Assembly (NCBI GenBank): GCA_012837965.1
Contig: DUQF01000013.1
Location: 17,360 to 81,359, forward strand
Length of the DNA stretch: 64,000 nucleotides
Origin: Clostridiales bacterium
GTDB taxonomy: Bacteria > Bacillota > Clostridia > Christensenellales > Aristaeellaceae
Direction of reading: 5' to 3'
Below, in pieces: positions 1 to 8,624 of this stretch (position 1 is the stretch's first letter; every line of letters starts with the position of its first letter). The notes beneath the pieces are model-generated. The model was not told the DNA's origin, made no database searches, and was given only the letters and a program-made list of their open reading frames with translations. The translations under genes were made by a program, and so were the position numbers.

Positions 1-159
1 AGAATGCGTTTTGGTTTAGAAGACGGAAACCCACGAACATTGGAAGAAGTAGGTAAGGTGTTCGGTGTAACTCGTGAACGTATTCGTCAAATTGAAGCAA
101 AGGCACTAAGGAAATTGAAGCACCCAAGTCGAATCAAAAAGCTGAAAGAATGTTTTTAA
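1..159 (+). CDS. sigA: RNA polymerase primary sigma factor, C-terminal fragment (region 4); 5' end lies outside the window
   Basis: Frame 1 reads [52 protein letters not shown] then TAA at 157-159. This is the sigma-70 region 4.2 helix-turn-helix. It is followed by trmK and nif3 as in B. subtilis sigA-yqfN-yqfO. Confidence 0.85.
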   Translation, partial: RMRFGLEDGNPRTLEEVGKVFGVTRERIRQIEAKALRKLKHPSRIKKLKECF

Positions 160-160
160 G

Positions 161-811
161 TTGATTCACCTTGATGCTCGATTATCTGCTGCCGCTGATA
201 TGTTTCCTGTTTGCAAATGGGGCGTTGATATGGCTGCAGATCATGGAAAGCTTGCCTGTTATTTAATCCAATCTGGAAAATGCAAGCGCATAATAGCAAG
301 TGATATTAGCCCTGCTTCCGTACTAAAAATGAACCGCTTGGTAAATCAATTGGGATTAAACGAGTCAATTTTAATTAGGCAGGGTGATGGCTGGTCTGTA
401 ATTGATAGAAAAGTTGATGCTGTAGCTATTCTTGGTCTTGGTGGCGAGAGTATCGCTCGTATTCTTGATCAAATGACACCTTATAATGGGTTTTATCCTG
501 TTTTAATACTCTCTGCGCATACCAATCTGCCAGCTGTTCGCTTTAAGCTGCAAGATAGAGGATATGCACCTGAAAAAGAACGAATTATTTGTTCTTCGGG
601 CCGTTATTATCATATCATAAAAGCATGTTTTCAAAATCGTACCTTAACGAAATCAGAAATACTTCTTGGATATAATGTATATGCAGAGAATCAATCGATG
701 TTGTACAATTACTGGAAATGGAAGTTTCATATGGAAAATAAAAAATTACCCAAACAAACAAAATTATTGTTGGAGATTAAGGAGAAAATAGATAAATGCA
801 AACCCCAATAG
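161..811 (+). CDS. trmK: tRNA (adenine22-N1)-methyltransferase TrmK (YqfN family)
   Basis: 216 aa with a TTG start. It has the SAM-methyltransferase pattern DMAADHGKLACYL ... RQGDGWSVI ... LGLGGESIARIL that parallels B. subtilis TrmK. Synteny after sigA supports the call. Confidence 0.75.
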   Translation: MIHLDARLSAAADMFPVCKWGVDMAADHGKLACYLIQSGKCKRIIASDISPASVLKMNRLVNQLGLNESILIRQGDGWSVIDRKVDAVAILGLGGESIARILDQMTPYNGFYPVLILSAHTNLPAVRFKLQDRGYAPEKERIICSSGRYYHIIKACFQNRTLTKSEILLGYNVYAENQSMLYNYWKWKFHMENKKLPKQTKLLLEIKEKIDKCKPQ

Positions 812-1572
812 TGCAAAATATTTATGAAATGATTGATCAAATTGCCCCCTTTGAAACACAAGCCGAATTTGACAATGCTGGTTTTCTCATTGGCGACAGA
901 AATCAGCCCGTGGAACGCATCCTTCTATGCTTGGATGTGGTACCCGCCGTTATTCGTGAAGCTAAAGAGAATAATGTTGATTTAATTGTTTCCCATCATC
1001 CTGTGATGTTCAACGGTACTAAAAGCCTGACTACCGACAACTTTGAAAATAGCATAATTTTAGAATTAATACGCCATAATATTTCTCTTATCAGTGCACA
1101 CACAAATTTAGACCAATCGGTCATAAGCCCATCCAATTGTACTGCTGAGCTTCTGGGTTTGCAGAATGTTGAGCCTATCGATCAGTACATGGTGATGGGG
1201 GAATATAATGAAGGCATGAATGCTTCTGACTTCCTTAACCATATCTCAGAAAAACTTAATTTTCTGGGAATACTATACGGACGTGCTGATAAGCTTGTTA
1301 AAAAAATCGCAGTCGGAAGTGGAGGATACAGCGAGGGGATACACAGTGCTCTTCATTCTGAAGCCGATGCTCTGATTACCGGAGAAGTTAAACATCATCA
1401 TGCGCTTGAGGCTACAGCTAAGGACCTTGTTATTTTTGAGGCAGGACATTTGCCCAGTGAATATCCTGCTTTACCGGTTTTAGCTGATTATCTTAGAAAT
1501 ACCGCTAAAGAATGGTCATTTAATGTTGAAATTTTGGTAAGTAAGGTTGATACTTATGATAAAATACCTTAA
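796..1572 (+). CDS. Nif3-like dinuclear metal centre protein (YqfO/GTP cyclohydrolase 1 type 2 homologue family)
   Basis: 258 aa with the VSHHPVMF, ISAHTNLD and GHLPSE motifs typical of NIF3. It overlaps the trmK end by 16 nt, suggesting translational coupling. Confidence 0.8.
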   Translation: MQTPIVQNIYEMIDQIAPFETQAEFDNAGFLIGDRNQPVERILLCLDVVPAVIREAKENNVDLIVSHHPVMFNGTKSLTTDNFENSIILELIRHNISLISAHTNLDQSVISPSNCTAELLGLQNVEPIDQYMVMGEYNEGMNASDFLNHISEKLNFLGILYGRADKLVKKIAVGSGGYSEGIHSALHSEADALITGEVKHHHALEATAKDLVIFEAGHLPSEYPALPVLADYLRNTAKEWSFNVEILVSKVDTYDKIP

Positions 1573-1686
1573 TCTAAATAGTTACTATATTATTGTATTT
1601 ATTCTGATTATCAAACTAAACTTATATTGATGATGCATGCGGGGGATAGGGCATAAAGCCATGAAGTAAAGAGATAAACAGATTTT

Positions 1687-1720
1687 AACTATTCGCAAAA
1701 GGCATCTTTTGCGAATAGTT
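1687..1720. repeat. Perfect 15-bp inverted repeat with a 4-nt loop; weak terminator for the nif3 gene and/or a recombinase core-type site
   Basis: The arms are aactattcgcaaaag and cttttgcgaatagtt, with a gcat loop. The downstream T tract is poor (tgcaattt). The right arm recurs at 2153-2168. Confidence 0.6.
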
Positions 1721-1957
1721 TGCAATTTAGGATGAACTTGTATATAATTATTTTGACGGGTTGTAATCCTGTTTATAATTGAATTTGCTTAGCTGAATTC
1801 ACCTATGAAATTGAGCAAAGTTTATCATTCATTCTACGCCATAAAAATCATATTAAGCTTGTCTTAACTGTCTTCTACTACCTCACGCTTTAAACTCTCT
1901 AAATTATCGGTCGCTTTAAATGCATTTAAAATTTTAGTAAATGGAGAATTCCCTATT

Positions 1958-3070
1958 ATGTCGCAAAAAAACAGTTACTATGTAGCGCAGAGCTATAAAA
2001 ACAACCAAAGGATTAAAGAAATTTTACGTGAGCTTCCGTTAGTGTGTCAGGATTATTTTCGTTCCATTTCACAAACCAAAAGCCCTTTGACTCGTCTTGC
2101 CTACGCATATGATTTGCGTCTGTTTTTTCAATATTTATGTGACGAAAGGGTTTCTTTTGCGAATAGTTCACCCGAATTATTAACTGCTGAAGATATTGCA
2201 CAAATAACAGCGCGAGATATTGAAGGCTTTCAAGATTACTTAATTCAATATGCCAAAAAGCCTGAAGATTTAAATGACACCGTTTCTAAACGCAACTCCT
2301 CCCCCGTTTTTGTTCAAAATGGTGCCTTAGGGATTATGCGTAAGCTTTCAAGTTTGCGTGCTTTTTTTGACTATTTATTTAAAAATGAATTGGTTTCGGC
2401 AAATGTTGCCACCTTGGTTGAACTTCCAAAGAAAAAAAGTAAACCCATCCTTTATATGGAAGATGATGAAGTCCAAAAAATGATAGATGCTGTTATCAGT
2501 TATGATGGTTTAAGTGAAAAACAAAAACAATATGCTAAAACAACCAAAAATCGTGATTTAGCGATATTAATGCTTTTTTTGGGTACTGGAATTCGTGTTA
2601 GTGAGCTGGTCGGGTTAGACGTATCAAGCATTGATTTTGAAAAAAACAGCTTTGTCGTCACAAGAAAAGGCGGCAATCAGACCATCTTGTACTTTTCAGA
2701 TCAGGTAAAAAATGTATTAAAGCGTTACTATAACGAAAGAATAACCATTGAACCTTTGCCCGGACACGAAAATGCGCTCTTTTTGTCCCTACAAAAACGT
2801 CGAATGACTACACGTGCTGTTGGAAACATGGTTAAAAAATATGCGCTTATTGGAGCTCCACTTAAGAAAAAATTAAGTCCCCATAAATTGCGCTCCACAT
2901 TTGGAACAAATTTATATCAAGAGACAGGAGATATTTATCTGGTGGCAGACACCCTCGGTCATTCGGATGTCAATACAACTCGAAGACACTATGCAGCAAT
3001 GAGTGATCAACATAAACGGGAAGCATCAAAACGCATTCCCCTGCCTGATATCAATGACACTGAGTCATAA
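1958..3070 (+). CDS. Site-specific tyrosine recombinase (XerC/XerD/phage integrase family)
   Basis: 370 aa. The N-terminal SAM-like domain reads TRLAYAYDLRLFFQYL. The catalytic residues are in LGTGIRVSEL (Arg), HKLRSTF (His-x-x-Arg) and LGHSDVNTTRRHY (His ... Tyr). Confidence 0.85.
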   Translation: MSQKNSYYVAQSYKNNQRIKEILRELPLVCQDYFRSISQTKSPLTRLAYAYDLRLFFQYLCDERVSFANSSPELLTAEDIAQITARDIEGFQDYLIQYAKKPEDLNDTVSKRNSSPVFVQNGALGIMRKLSSLRAFFDYLFKNELVSANVATLVELPKKKSKPILYMEDDEVQKMIDAVISYDGLSEKQKQYAKTTKNRDLAILMLFLGTGIRVSELVGLDVSSIDFEKNSFVVTRKGGNQTILYFSDQVKNVLKRYYNERITIEPLPGHENALFLSLQKRRMTTRAVGNMVKKYALIGAPLKKKLSPHKLRSTFGTNLYQETGDIYLVADTLGHSDVNTTRRHYAAMSDQHKREASKRIPLPDINDTES

Positions 3071-3109
3071 AAAGGCCGATGTGGCTTTGATCCCACATCG
3101 GTCTTTTTT
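3070..3109. terminator. Bidirectional rho-independent terminator between the convergent recombinase and clpC genes
   Basis: The stem ccgatgtgg / ccacatcgg (3076-3084 / 3093-3101) is flanked by an A run upstream and a T run downstream. Confidence 0.75.
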
Positions 3110-5552
3110 ATACTGTAGTTAAAACGTTGCTGTCATCAATCTGACACGCCGACTTAATCACGAATTCAATACCTTTTTCTGTCGTATACATTTTCACTTG
3201 GTCGCCCGATATTAGTTTTCCACTAACAATCAATTCGCTTAAAGAGTCTTCCACCAAACGCTGAATCGTTCGTCTTAGTGGACGGGCACCGTACTTGGGC
3301 TCAAAACCCTCCTTAGCTAAGTAGGCTACGACTTCCTGATCATAAGACAGCTCTATTTGTCTGGATTTTACACGCTCAACAACCTCACTAAGCATCTTGT
3401 GAGCGATATTAAGTATCTGTTCCTGTCCTAGTGAATGGAAAACAATTTGCTCATCCAGGCGATTTAAAAACTCCGGCTTAAAAATATCCCTTGTCTTTTC
3501 AAGAACAATATTTTTCATTGTATTATAGTCTGGAGTTTGTAAATCTCGCTGTCCAAAACCAAGGGATCGATCCTCAGCAATCGATTGAGTACCTGCGTTG
3601 CTTGTGAGCACGATGATAGTATTTCTAAAATTAGTAATCCTACCGACATTATCGGTTAATCTTCCGTCTTCTAAAACCTGTAAAAGCATATTAAAAACGT
3701 CTGGATGCGCTTTCTCAATCTCATCAAACAATACCAAACTGTAGGGACGGCGTCTAACTGCTTCTGTCAGCTGCCCACCTTCCTCATAACCTACATATCC
3801 GGGCGGTGAACCAACCATACGCGAAACCGTATGTTTTTCCATGTACTCACTCATATCAAGACGAATCATAGCATCTTCGCTGCCAAATACTGCTTCGCTT
3901 AAGGCACGGCATAGCTCTGTTTTACCAACGCCTGTTGGGCCAAGAAATAAAAAGGAACCTAATGGGCGTTTAGGATCATGAAGGCCTGCTCTTGCGCGCC
4001 TGATAGCCTTGCTAACCGCATTGACTGCTTCCGTCTGACCAATGACCCGTTTTTCAAGTTCTTTCTCAAGATTAAGCAGCATGAATTCTTCTTTTTCAGT
4101 TAACTGTGTTACAGGGATACCTGTCCATTCAGCTACGATTTTCTCTATAGTTGCAGCAGTTACTTTCGGTAGACTGTCAACGTCTTCAATAGTTTGAGAT
4201 CGGATTAATTCCAGTTCCTTACGGATTTTTTCTTCTTTATCACGTAAGAAAGCTGCTTCTTCGTAGCGCTGGTTATTTAATGCACGCATCTTGTCTTGAG
4301 CAAGCAAATCAAGCTCTTCTTCAACTTCGTCTTTACGAGTGGGGATTCTGTCGTGAGCAAGCGATACAGCAGCGGCTGCCTCATCAATTAAGTCAATGGC
4401 TTTGTCCGGTAGAAATCTATCTGGTATATACCGTACCGATAAATGAACGGCTTGAACAATGGCCTCATCTTGAATTCTAACCTGATGAAAATCTTCATAT
4501 TTTTCTTTTAGCCCCATCAAAATATCAATTCCGGCCTGTTCATCAGGCTCTTCAACCATAACAGGCTGGAAACGACGGCTTAAGGCAGAATCTTTCTCAA
4601 TGTATTTTCGATAATCATCCAAAGTTGTTGCACCAATGCACTGCAGCTCTCCCCTTGCCAAAGCAGGTTTTAAGATACCAGCTGCATCCATACTGCCTTC
4701 TGCCTTTCCAGCTCCGACAATGGTTTGAATTTCATCGATAAATAAAAGAACGTCTTTTCTTTCTCTTAATTCATCAATTACTGCTTTCATTCGTTCCTCA
4801 AATTCGCCACGGAATTTTGTACCAGCGACCATCGTGCTCATTTCAAGAGAAAGAAGGCGCTTATTTTTTAAGGGGGTGGGCACTTTATTTTCAACAATCA
4901 ATTGTGCCAAGCCTTCAGCTACAGCGCTTTTTCCAACTCCAGACTCACCGATTAATACAGGATTGTTCTTGGTTCTTCTGGCTAAAATATGAATCATACG
5001 GTTGATTTCCTTTTCTCGTCCCACAACAGGGTCAAGGAAACCGTCCTGAGCCATTTGTGTCAAGTCCCTTGCATACTTTTCAAGTGCAGAAGCTTGGTCG
5101 CCCTCTCGGTCATTATCTTCATCATCAGGGTTGGCGTTTACAAGATCCTGTTTAAGCTTTTCAGGATCGGCACCATAGATGCTTAAAACTCTAAGGGCGA
5201 CATTGGTTGGATCTTGAAGCAGCTGCTCCCAAAGCATTCCTGCAGATATGGCAGGCAATTCATTTTCCTGTACCAAAATCGTGACCTGATCAAGCAAACT
5301 TTTAAGTCTCGGGGTCATTTCCAACATCTGTGGAGGCTTGTTTCCTTTTTTGTACAGTTGATCAACAATCTGCTTGATGTTTGATAGTTCAATATTTTCA
5401 GGAAGCGATGGTACCAAATCTCTCGCCTCAGCTATAAGGCCAAGTAAAAGATGCTCAGTGCCGATGTATCCATGTCTCATCTGTGCCGCACTTACCTGTG
5501 CGTAGCGGATAACTCTTTGTGCTTTATTAGTCAAACGTCCCATTCGAGGCAT
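3108..5552 (-). CDS. clpC: ATP-dependent Clp protease ATP-binding subunit ClpC
   Basis: Two AAA+ modules ([10 protein letters not shown] and [10 protein letters not shown] Walker A), Clp N-repeats and a UVR-like middle domain. It is the last gene of ctsR-mcsA-mcsB-clpC. I chose the ATG at 5552 because AAAGGAG lies 7 nt upstream; in-frame ATGs also occur at 5558 and 5543. Confidence 0.9.
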   Translation of the reverse strand: MPRMGRLTNKAQRVIRYAQVSAAQMRHGYIGTEHLLLGLIAEARDLVPSLPENIELSNIKQIVDQLYKKGNKPPQMLEMTPRLKSLLDQVTILVQENELPAISAGMLWEQLLQDPTNVALRVLSIYGADPEKLKQDLVNANPDDEDNDREGDQASALEKYARDLTQMAQDGFLDPVVGREKEINRMIHILARRTKNNPVLIGESGVGKSAVAEGLAQLIVENKVPTPLKNKRLLSLEMSTMVAGTKFRGEFEERMKAVIDELRERKDVLLFIDEIQTIVGAGKAEGSMDAAGILKPALARGELQCIGATTLDDYRKYIEKDSALSRRFQPVMVEEPDEQAGIDILMGLKEKYEDFHQVRIQDEAIVQAVHLSVRYIPDRFLPDKAIDLIDEAAAAVSLAHDRIPTRKDEVEEELDLLAQDKMRALNNQRYEEAAFLRDKEEKIRKELELIRSQTIEDVDSLPKVTAATIEKIVAEWTGIPVTQLTEKEEFMLLNLEKELEKRVIGQTEAVNAVSKAIRRARAGLHDPKRPLGSFLFLGPTGVGKTELCRALSEAVFGSEDAMIRLDMSEYMEKHTVSRMVGSPPGYVGYEEGGQLTEAVRRRPYSLVLFDEIEKAHPDVFNMLLQVLEDGRLTDNVGRITNFRNTIIVLTSNAGTQSIAEDRSLGFGQRDLQTPDYNTMKNIVLEKTRDIFKPEFLNRLDEQIVFHSLGQEQILNIAHKMLSEVVERVKSRQIELSYDQEVVAYLAKEGFEPKYGARPLRRTIQRLVEDSLSELIVSGKLISGDQVKMYTTEKGIEFVIKSACQIDDSNVLTTV

Positions 5553-6486
5553 TTTCATACTCCTTTAGTAGTGTTCGTATTTTTTTACTGCGTGAATCGC
5601 TGATACTATCAGTCTGCTCATTGGACATGCAATAGGTAGATAATAAGCTGTCAACTTGGTTAACTGAAAAGGATAAGATTCTATTTTCAACCCCCATCCG
5701 AATATTAGACCAAGCTCTAATAGTTTCTTCTTGATACAGGCGACGTGCATGTGTTAAAAGTCCTAATGAACGCCAAACCGCATCGTACAAAGAAGATTGC
5801 TGATTAGAAAAAATATTATTTGCGGCAGCTTTTTCTTTTTCAGTTAAAGCCGAAGCTGCTAGCTGTAGGCGTGCAACACCGTCCTTTTCCGGTGTATCAA
5901 TTGTGCTTAAGAAGTACAGGTTTCCCTCTTGCCCAGCTCCTAATATTTTTGCTTTTACTAAGCTTGACTGGAAGTTTCTTTTGGCCAATTCACTTAAATT
6001 GTGCTCTTTACGAAGTGCAGACAAAACCGGTAGATGCAACAAAGTAAATATGCGTATACCACTACCCGAGTCCCCATATCGTGCCGTCAAATAGCCAGTT
6101 CCCGATAAAAAAGCAGCTTCATGTTCTTGAAATAGCTTTGATTCAACTTTCCTTGCCTGTTCTAAAGCATCATTGAAATTGTCGTTTGTCGTTACAACGG
6201 ACAATCCATTCTCTGCATTAACCAATATTTGAGTATTCTCACTCAATCTATATATATGCATTATTTTCGACTGTCCAGCTCCAAACAACTCAAAGGGAAG
6301 TTCTTTGAGAATAAAATTCTCTGATTGTTTACTAACAACATCCAATGAAAGCGCCTGCCTTAACCAAGATAAGGACATTTCGGCTTCTTCCTCGGTCATT
6401 TTATTAGGAAATGGTAGTCCAGCATAGTTTCGTAGAATAGCAACTCCTTGCGTAAATACTAATCTATTTGACATCGCCCTCTTCAA
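5527..6486 (-). CDS. mcsB: McsB-like protein (protein arginine kinase / ATP:guanido phosphotransferase family), highly divergent
   Basis: It lies between mcsA and clpC. Recognisable remnants are AILRNYAGLPFP and GSGIRIFTLLHLPVL (compare GTGLRASVMMHLPAL). The start is ambiguous: TTG at 6486 or ATG at 6474. Confidence 0.65.
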   Translation of the reverse strand: MKRAMSNRLVFTQGVAILRNYAGLPFPNKMTEEEAEMSLSWLRQALSLDVVSKQSENFILKELPFELFGAGQSKIMHIYRLSENTQILVNAENGLSVVTTNDNFNDALEQARKVESKLFQEHEAAFLSGTGYLTARYGDSGSGIRIFTLLHLPVLSALRKEHNLSELAKRNFQSSLVKAKILGAGQEGNLYFLSTIDTPEKDGVARLQLAASALTEKEKAAANNIFSNQQSSLYDAVWRSLGLLTHARRLYQEETIRAWSNIRMGVENRILSFSVNQVDSLLSTYCMSNEQTDSISDSRSKKIRTLLKEYENASNGTFD

Positions 6487-6913
6487 CTTTCGTTAAGTGA
6501 TTGATATGGTCACGAATCATGGCGGCTCGTTCATAATTTTCAAGAACAATTGATTCCCGCAACAAATGCTTCCAATGCTCAAGATTGGTCTTTTTTTGAT
6601 TTTCATAGGTAGAAAACATATCGGTTTTTGTGTTCTGGAGCGCTAAAACGGCCTCATAGCACTTAGGACAACCCATGTTAGTATTTTCATCAATCTCCTG
6701 AAAGCTTGTATGGCAATAGGTACATGTCAGCTTAGACTTTTGAGGAATGGTTTTAACTTTTTTATTAACACGTAAAGACATAAACGCTTTCATAAAAGTT
6801 TCCTGTGCTTGCGCAGCGCAAGTTGAACAGACAGCTCGGGTGATCAACCGACCATTTTGAAATATTTGAAAATGAATAGTGGCTTTCTTTTGGGAACAAA
6901 TTTCACATTTCAT
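6464..6913 (-). CDS. mcsA: McsA (zinc-finger and UVR-domain activator of McsB)
   Basis: It has CxxC pairs (CEICSQ ... CSTCAA, CTYCHT ... CPKCYE) and a C-terminal UVR motif (LENYERAAMIRDHINHL). The ATG at 6913 is preceded by AAGGAG with a 7-nt spacer; the ORF track extends to 6940. Confidence 0.8.
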   Translation of the reverse strand: MKCEICSQKKATIHFQIFQNGRLITRAVCSTCAAQAQETFMKAFMSLRVNKKVKTIPQKSKLTCTYCHTSFQEIDENTNMGCPKCYEAVLALQNTKTDMFSTYENQKKTNLEHWKHLLRESIVLENYERAAMIRDHINHLTKVEEGDVK

Positions 6914-7385
6914 TTTCGTTCTCCTTTTCTCTTCGAGCAAGAATGGTTAAAAGCATGTTTCTCAAAATTTCAGTTCTTAAACTATTTTTCATTGCAGTTG
7001 CAATGGGCACGCTAAGAGCCTGGTTACTTGTTGCTGAAATAATCAACTCACTATCGGATTTACTAACCAATTCACGGTCTTCAAGTTCGGCACATAATAC
7101 TTTTACATCTCTTTGGCTCATTGGTTCGGATAGATAATTTTGCATTAAATACTGCATATAATCACAGCTTTGTGAGTGAAGGCGCTTAATACGGATGCTT
7201 CCTCCCCCGCCACGATTACTGTTAATTAAATAACCTGATTCAGGAGAAAACCTGGTCGTTAAAACGTAATTTATCTGTGAAGGTGAGCAACGAAAATATG
7301 AAGCCAGCTCATTGCGTTGAAGTTCTACCTCATCTTCAAAAAACATATCTCGGATAAATTGTTCAATAATATCGCTTAACTTCAT
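6903..7385 (-). CDS. ctsR: Class III stress gene repressor CtsR
   Basis: 160 aa reading MKLSDIIEQFIRDM ... ELASYFRCSPSQINYVLTTRF ... NRGGGGSIRI. This includes the winged HTH and glycine-rich loop of CtsR. Confidence 0.9.
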   Translation of the reverse strand: MKLSDIIEQFIRDMFFEDEVELQRNELASYFRCSPSQINYVLTTRFSPESGYLINSNRGGGGSIRIKRLHSQSCDYMQYLMQNYLSEPMSQRDVKVLCAELEDRELVSKSDSELIISATSNQALSVPIATAMKNSLRTEILRNMLLTILARREKENENEM

Positions 7386-7399
7386 ATTAATCCTTTCTT

Positions 7400-7423
7400 G
7401 TCAAAGTTTGACTTTCTTTGACT
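7400..7423 (-). promoter_or_regulatory. CtsR operator
   Basis: The minus strand reads AGTCAAA GAA AGTCAAA (7407-7423), an exact match to the (A/G)GTCAAA-NAN-(A/G)GTCAAA consensus. A third inverted heptad (gtcaaa, 7400-7405) forms the palindrome gtcaaagtttgac. Confidence 0.85.
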
Positions 7424-7429
7424 ACTAAT

Positions 7430-7458
7430 AATATACCACAGAAACTAAAACTTAACAA
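7430..7458 (-). promoter_or_regulatory. SigA-type promoter of the ctsR operon
   Basis: The minus strand reads TTGTTA (7453-7458), a 17-nt spacer, then TGG-TATATT (-10 at 7430-7435, extended TG). The CtsR operator begins at about the predicted transcription start. Confidence 0.65.
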
Positions 7459-7468
7459 CTTCCTCGCC

Positions 7469-7497
7469 TTTACATTTAAACTTTGTTTCGATATAAT
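7469..7497 (+). promoter_or_regulatory. SigA-type promoter for the zinc-ribbon/TPM gene pair
   Basis: TTTACA (7469-7474), a 17-nt spacer, then TATAAT (7492-7497). A GGAGG ribosome-binding site lies 5 nt before the ATG at 7527. Confidence 0.6.
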
Positions 7498-7526
7498 ATG
7501 AATAATTAAAATATAGGAGGTGGAAT

Positions 7527-8624
7527 ATGTCCGCTATAACATATCAATGCCCGTCTTGCGGAAGTTCGTTGACCTACGATGGTCGAGCATCAGAAATGAG
7601 TTGCGGTCATTGTGGCAATCGTTTTTCGATAGAAGCATTGCAAGCCTACCAAGGGACATTAAATGATGAAGCAAGGAGCGAAGTGTCTTCTTCGTGGACT
7701 GAATCCGTTTTAAGCGCAGACGACAGTTCTTTTACGTCGGCTAAAGCCTATCACTGTAATAATTGCGGAGCGGATTTAATGACCGATGAAACGACCGTCG
7801 CTTCTTCCTGTGCTTTTTGTGGCAGTCCCGCGGTCATTCCGTCCCAATTTACAGAAAGTACTTTTCCGGCAAAAATCATTCCCTTTCTTATTACTGAAGA
7901 ACAAGCGCAAAAGATTTTTAAAAACTACTTTCAAAAAAAGAAGCTTTTGCCAAAAATCTTCAGAAAGAATAATCGCATCGATAAAATACGTAAGCTATAC
8001 GTGCCGTACTGGCTTTTCTCCGGCATCGCCTCTGGAGATATAACATACAATGCTACTAAGGTAAATACGCGCCGAGAAGGAAATTATCGGGTTACAACTA
8101 CAAGCCATTATTTATTGCGACGGGCGGGAACGCTTGATTTTAACAGTCTTCCGGTTGATGCGAATTCTCGCATTCCCAATGAAGTAACCGAATCCATTGA
8201 GCCTTATGATATGAGCGCTTCCCTCCCCTTCTCCTTTCCTGTTCTTGCGGGTACTTTAGCTGACAGAGCAGATGTGGATGCTGAAGTTTGTAAACAAAGG
8301 GCAGATGAACGCATCGCTAGAAGTGTCACTTCTGCGCTTAACTCGACAACCACAGGCTATTCTTCCGCAGTACCCAGAACATCAAAGATTCATGTACCAA
8401 ACGGTGTTAGCGAGGGAGCCCTGTTTCCTTTGTGGCATATTACTACAAAAAAAGAAGATAAGGTCTATTCTTTTGCCATTAACGGACAAACTGGTGAATA
8501 CACCTGTAATATACCATACTCTACTAAATCAGCATTTGCCTGGTTTATATCCCTCACTTTAGGCTTTACTTCTGTCGGCAGTTTCATCTACTGGTTGTTA
8601 TACATCTTGGGGGTTATTGTATGA
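7527..8624 (+). CDS. Double zinc-ribbon protein with a C-terminal transmembrane anchor, function unknown
   Basis: Two CxxC ... CxxC ribbons (CPSCGS ... CGHCGN and CNNCGA ... CAFCGS) are followed by a ~230-aa domain and a terminal hydrophobic helix (AFAWFISLTLGFTSVGSFIYWLLYILGVIV). Confidence 0.6.
   Translation: MSAITYQCPSCGSSLTYDGRASEMSCGHCGNRFSIEALQAYQGTLNDEARSEVSSSWTESVLSADDSSFTSAKAYHCNNCGADLMTDETTVASSCAFCGSPAVIPSQFTESTFPAKIIPFLITEEQAQKIFKNYFQKKKLLPKIFRKNNRIDKIRKLYVPYWLFSGIASGDITYNATKVNTRREGNYRVTTTSHYLLRRAGTLDFNSLPVDANSRIPNEVTESIEPYDMSASLPFSFPVLAGTLADRADVDAEVCKQRADERIARSVTSALNSTTTGYSSAVPRTSKIHVPNGVSEGALFPLWHITTKKEDKVYSFAINGQTGEYTCNIPYSTKSAFAWFISLTLGFTSVGSFIYWLLYILGVIV

Noticed and set aside
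1573-1957. A 385-nt intergenic region upstream of the recombinase, considered as a possible sRNA, riboswitch or tRNA locus.
   Set aside because: I found no tRNA-like cloverleaf sequence, no recognisable riboswitch core, and only a weak promoter candidate (TTGACG-15-TATAAT at 1753-1779). Apart from the palindrome reported above, nothing could be supported.
1958-3070. The tyrosine recombinase as a marker of a prophage, ICE or genomic island.
   Set aside because: It is a single gene flanked on both sides by core genes (trmK/nif3 and the clpC operon). There is no adjacent tRNA, excisionase, phage or conjugation gene, and I could see no flanking direct repeats. It is more likely a chromosomal Xer-like or invertase-type recombinase.
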